A DNA stretch of 48,557 nucleotides from Halieaceae bacterium (GTDB lineage: Bacteria > Pseudomonadota > Gammaproteobacteria > Pseudomonadales > Halieaceae). Positions within the stretch are counted from its first letter, which is position 1; every line of letters starts with the position of its first letter. Below are positions 43,540-48,557 of this stretch, one piece after another. The position numbers and the translations under genes are program-made. The notes beneath the pieces are model-generated. The model saw nothing but the letters and a program-made list of their open reading frames with translations, was not told the origin of the DNA and ran no database searches. The stretch lies in NCBI GenBank assembly GCA_036351405.1, contig JAZBOZ010000310.1, forward strand, positions 1 through 48,557, in the 5' to 3' direction.

Positions 43540-44772
43540 ATGGCTATAGAAATCAAGGCGCCCGCGTTTCCGGAGTCGGTCGCGGATGGTGAAGTCGCTA
43601 CCTGGCACAAGGCAGAGGGTGACAGCGTTCAACGGGATGAGTTGTTGGTTGAAATCGAGACCGACAAGGTCGTCATGGAAGTCGTTGCACCCGAGTCCGG
43701 CGTTCTCTCGAGCATCGTTGCCGCAGAGGGCGAAACGATCGCCAGCGAGGCGGTCTTAGCTAGGCTGGAGCCAGGCGCTGCTGCAGCGGCGACGGCAACG
43801 ACACCACCCGCGCCTGAAAAATCTGCTGGCGACAGCGATGCTGATGCCAGTTCAGCAGCGGGTGGTGATGACGTGCAGATGGGGCCTGCCGTTCGTCAGA
43901 TGCTGGTTGAACACGGCCTGGATGCAGCTGATATTAAAGGTAGCGGTAAAGGCGGGCGGATCACCAAAGAAGATGTTCTGGCTTACCTTGAGAGCAAGCC
44001 GCAATCAGCACCCAAACCTGCCGCGGCGCCACAGCAGGTGGTTGAAACCGTTGAAGGTCCGAGCAGTGAGCGTGTTGAAAAGCGTGTGCCCATGACGCGT
44101 ATGCGTGCTCGCATCGCTGAGCGCCTGCTCGACGCGACGCAGCAAACTGCCATGCTGACAACCTTTAACGAGGTCAACATGGCGCCACTGATGAAGCTGC
44201 GCAAGCAGTACAAAGATCAGTTCGAGAAGACCCATAACGGCACCCGTCTCGGCTTCATGGGCTTCTTCGTCAAGGCCTGCTGTGAGGCGCTCAAACGCTT
44301 CCCGGAGGTCAATGCTTCGATCGACGGTAACGACGTGGTCTACCACGGTTATCAGGATATTGGTGTGGCGGTATCAACCAACGATGGTTTGGTGGTCCCT
44401 GTACTCCGCGATGCGGATTTCATGAGTATTGCCGACGTCGAGGCCGCTATCCGTGACTTGGGTTTGAAGGCGAGAGACAAGAAACTCACCATCGATGAGA
44501 TGACCGGCGGTACGTTCACCGTATCGAATGGTGGCGTTTTTGGCTCGCTGCTGTCGACGCCCATCCTCAATCCGCCACAAACCGGCATTCTCGGCATGCA
44601 CACGATTCAGGAGCGCCCGGTAGCGATCGATGGGCAAGTGGTCATTCAGCCCATGATGTACCTCGCGCTGTCCTACGATCATCGCCTGATTGACGGCAAG
44701 ACCGCAGTGCAATTCTTGGTCACCGTGAAGGGCCTCATCGAGGATCCTGCACGTATCTTGCTGCAGCTTTGA
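43540..44772 (+). CDS. sucB: Dihydrolipoamide succinyltransferase E2
   Basis: Lipoyl domain EIETDKV, E3-binding [13 protein letters not shown], catalytic SYDHRLIDG. Start is ATG 43540. Confidence 0.97.
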   Translation: MAIEIKAPAFPESVADGEVATWHKAEGDSVQRDELLVEIETDKVVMEVVAPESGVLSSIVAAEGETIASEAVLARLEPGAAAAATATTPPAPEKSAGDSDADASSAAGGDDVQMGPAVRQMLVEHGLDAADIKGSGKGGRITKEDVLAYLESKPQSAPKPAAAPQQVVETVEGPSSERVEKRVPMTRMRARIAERLLDATQQTAMLTTFNEVNMAPLMKLRKQYKDQFEKTHNGTRLGFMGFFVKACCEALKRFPEVNASIDGNDVVYHGYQDIGVAVSTNDGLVVPVLRDADFMSIADVEAAIRDLGLKARDKKLTIDEMTGGTFTVSNGGVFGSLLSTPILNPPQTGILGMHTIQERPVAIDGQVVIQPMMYLALSYDHRLIDGKTAVQFLVTVKGLIEDPARILLQL

Positions 44773-46236
<1,464 letters not shown>

Positions 46237-46306
46237 GCACAAGAGCGCAGATCCGGTCACCCGAGGGTGGCCCCATTTCATTTGTTCAATCTAACGGAGT
46301 GAGGAC

Positions 46307-47476
46307 ATGAACCTTCACGAGTATCAGGGCAAGGCGCTGTTCGCCGAGTACGGATTACCGGTGTCTACCGGCTATGCCGTAGACACCGCCGAGGAAGCGG
46401 TTCAAGCAGCACAGCAAATCGGTGGCGACATGTGGGTCGTCAAAGCACAGGTTCACGCGGGTGGCCGCGGTAAGGCCGGCGGCGTAAAGCTGGTCAAGAC
46501 CACCGATGAAATTCGCGAGTTTGCGCACCATTGGTTGGGTAAGAATCTGGTGACCTACCAAACCGACGAGAATGGCCAACCGGTCTCAAAGATTCTTGTC
46601 GAGTCCTGCACTGATATCGCCGAGGAGTTGTACCTGGGAGCGGTTGTCGATCGGTCGACGCGTCGGATCGTGTTCATGGCGTCTACCGAAGGTGGTGTGG
46701 AAATCGAGAAAGTCGCAGAGGAAACCCCTGAGAAAATTCTCAAAGCGACAATCGATCCGCTGGTCGGCCCCCAGCCTTATCAGGGTCGCGACCTGGCGTT
46801 CCGCCTTGGCCTCAAAGGTCAACAGGTTAAGCAGTTCGTGAACATTTTTGTCGGCCTCGCCAAGCTGTTTCAGGACAAGGACCTTGCGCTGATCGAAGTG
46901 AACCCGCTGGTCATTACCACCGAAGGCAACTTGCACTGCCTCGACGCCAAGCTGGTTGTCGATTCCAACGCCTTGTATCGACATCCTGAGCTGATGGCCA
47001 TGCACGACCCATCCCAGGAAGACGCCCGGGAAGCCCACGCGGCGCAGTGGGAGCTCAACTATGTGGCGCTCGATGGCAACATCGGCTGTATGGTCAACGG
47101 TGCCGGCCTCGCGATGGGCACTATGGACATCGTCAAACTCCATGGTGGCGCACCCGCTAACTTCCTCGACGTCGGTGGCGGCGCAACCAAGGAGCGCGTG
47201 ACCGAGGCCTTCAAAATCATCTTGTCTGATGACAGTGTCAAAGCCGTTTTGATCAATATTTTCGGCGGTATCGTTCGCTGTGATCTGATTGCCGAGGGTG
47301 TGATTGGCGCGGTCGAAGAAGTGGGCGTGACTGTCCCGGTCGTGGTACGTCTCGAGGGCAACAACGCCGAGCTGGGCCAGAAAGTACTGGCCGACAGTGG
47401 TTTGAACATTATCGCCGCGAGCAGCTTGACTGATGCTGCCCAGCAGGTGGTTGCAGCAGCGGGAGGTGCAGCGTGA
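46307..47476 (+). CDS. sucC: Succinyl-CoA synthetase beta subunit
   Basis: [43 protein letters not shown]. Confidence 0.97.
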   Translation: MNLHEYQGKALFAEYGLPVSTGYAVDTAEEAVQAAQQIGGDMWVVKAQVHAGGRGKAGGVKLVKTTDEIREFAHHWLGKNLVTYQTDENGQPVSKILVESCTDIAEELYLGAVVDRSTRRIVFMASTEGGVEIEKVAEETPEKILKATIDPLVGPQPYQGRDLAFRLGLKGQQVKQFVNIFVGLAKLFQDKDLALIEVNPLVITTEGNLHCLDAKLVVDSNALYRHPELMAMHDPSQEDAREAHAAQWELNYVALDGNIGCMVNGAGLAMGTMDIVKLHGGAPANFLDVGGGATKERVTEAFKIILSDDSVKAVLINIFGGIVRCDLIAEGVIGAVEEVGVTVPVVVRLEGNNAELGQKVLADSGLNIIAASSLTDAAQQVVAAAGGAA

Positions 47477-48345
47477 GTATCTTGATCAACAGTGAGACTA
47501 AGGTCATTTGCCAGGGTTTCACCGGCTCTCAGGGCACCTTCCATTCGGAACAGGCGATCGCCTACGGCACGAAGATGGTTGGCGGTGTAACTCCGGGCAA
47601 GGGTGGTCAGGAACACCTCGGATTGCCCGTATTCAACACCGTGGCAGAAGCGGTTGCTGAGACGGGTGCTGAGGCGTCGGTCATCTATGTGCCAGCGCCT
47701 TTCTGCAAGGACTCTATCCTTGAAGCCGCCAATAGCGGCATCAAGCTGGTCGTTTGCATCACCGAGGGTATTCCCACCCTGGATATGCTGGAAGCCAAGG
47801 TACGCTGCGACGAGCTGGGTGTCCGCTTAATCGGCCCGAACTGTCCCGGCGTTATTACACCCGGTGAGTGCAAGATCGGCATCATGCCTGGCCACATCCA
47901 CCTACCGGGTAAGGTCGGCATCGTGTCGCGCTCCGGCACCCTGACTTACGAAGCCGTCAAGCAGACGACTGATGCAGGCTACGGTCAATCAACCTGTGTC
48001 GGCATCGGTGGTGACCCCATCCCTGGCAGTAATTTCATCGACATTCTGAAGTTGTTCCAAGAGGATCCCGCGACCGAAGCGATCGTCATGATCGGCGAGA
48101 TTGGCGGCACGGCTGAAGAAGAGGCCGCTGCGTTTATCAAGGATAACGTTACCAAGCCGGTCGTCTCCTATATCGCGGGCGTGACCGCTCCTAAGGGCAA
48201 GCGCATGGGCCACGCTGGTGCGATTATCTCGGGCGGCAAAGGCACAGCGGACGAGAAATTCGCAGCGTTAGAGGATGCCGGTGTGAAGACCGTCCGATCG
48301 CTGGCGGATATCGGCAAGGCGCTGGGCGAAATCACCGGTTGGTAA
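47473..48345 (+). CDS. sucD: Succinyl-CoA synthetase alpha subunit
   Basis: [27 protein letters not shown], phospho-His motif RMGHAGA. GTG start. Confidence 0.97.
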   Translation: MSILINSETKVICQGFTGSQGTFHSEQAIAYGTKMVGGVTPGKGGQEHLGLPVFNTVAEAVAETGAEASVIYVPAPFCKDSILEAANSGIKLVVCITEGIPTLDMLEAKVRCDELGVRLIGPNCPGVITPGECKIGIMPGHIHLPGKVGIVSRSGTLTYEAVKQTTDAGYGQSTCVGIGGDPIPGSNFIDILKLFQEDPATEAIVMIGEIGGTAEEEAAAFIKDNVTKPVVSYIAGVTAPKGKRMGHAGAIISGGKGTADEKFAALEDAGVKTVRSLADIGKALGEITGW

Positions 48346-48363
48346 TCGACCGCGCTCCCCACT

Positions 48364-48389
48364 AAAGCCCGCCCTGTGCGGGCTTTTTT
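48364..48389 (+). terminator. Rho-independent terminator after sucD
   Basis: AAAGCCCGC-cctgt-GCGGGCTTTTTT. Confidence 0.88.
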
Positions 48390-48412
48390 ATGTCTGAAAT
48401 CGCTTCGAATCC

Positions 48413-48439
48413 ATTGAAATAATTCCAGCCGGTCCCCAT
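48413..48439 (+). promoter_or_regulatory. sigma32 (RpoH) heat-shock promoter for htpG
   Basis: ATTGAAA-14 nt-CCCCAT matches the CTTGAAA-N13/14-CCCCAT consensus, upstream of a canonical heat-shock gene. Confidence 0.82.
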
Positions 48440-48476
48440 GTAGAGCACATAGGTTGATAACTCCGGGAGATCATCA

Positions 48477-48557
48477 ATGACGGCTGCAGCCAACAAAGAG
48501 ACCATGGGCTTTCAGACAGAAGCGAAACGGCTTCTGCACCTCATGATCCATTCCTTG
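48477..48557 (+). CDS. htpG: Chaperone HtpG (Hsp90), 5' fragment truncated by the window end
   Basis: MTAAANKETMGFQTEAKRLLHLMIHSL matches the HtpG N-terminus (ETxGFQxEvKqLLHLMIHSL). SD GGGAG upstream. Not in the ORF track. Confidence 0.9.
   Translation, partial: MTAAANKETMGFQTEAKRLLHLMIHSL

Overview
This is a gene-dense, fairly GC-rich core-genome segment of a gammaproteobacterium. Gene content and order are Pseudomonadales/Cellvibrionales-like, and the marine NOR5/OM60 (Halieaceae) group is my best guess (inference only). From left to right: a TonB-dependent receptor (absent from the ORF track because its stop codon lies just off the left edge); a minus-strand tesA / K+ channel / ygiQ run; ybbAP; mdh; ttcA joined to a complete ccmABCDEFGHI cluster; smc-zipA-ligA plus an SLT-like lipoprotein; a Pho-box-driven phoBR-pstSCAB-phoU operon; hisC; a PA3286-type KAS III downstream of gltA; sdhCDAB; sucAB-lpd-sucCD; and the start of htpG behind a sigma32 promoter. 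I saw no mobile elements, CRISPR arrays, tRNA/rRNA genes or defence systems, and I cannot support a clearly new multi-gene system. The best leads are: (i) a remodelled Pst cassette (PstA periplasmic domain missing, PstB signature LSLGQ) that might be specialised for sensing; (ii) a probable leaderless internal ccmC transcript; (iii) structured leaders upstream of the TonB-dependent receptor (Hfq/Crc-like) and smc (CsrA-like, alternative hairpins); and (iv) some unusual operon couplings. All family assignments come from motif recognition by eye, not from database searches.
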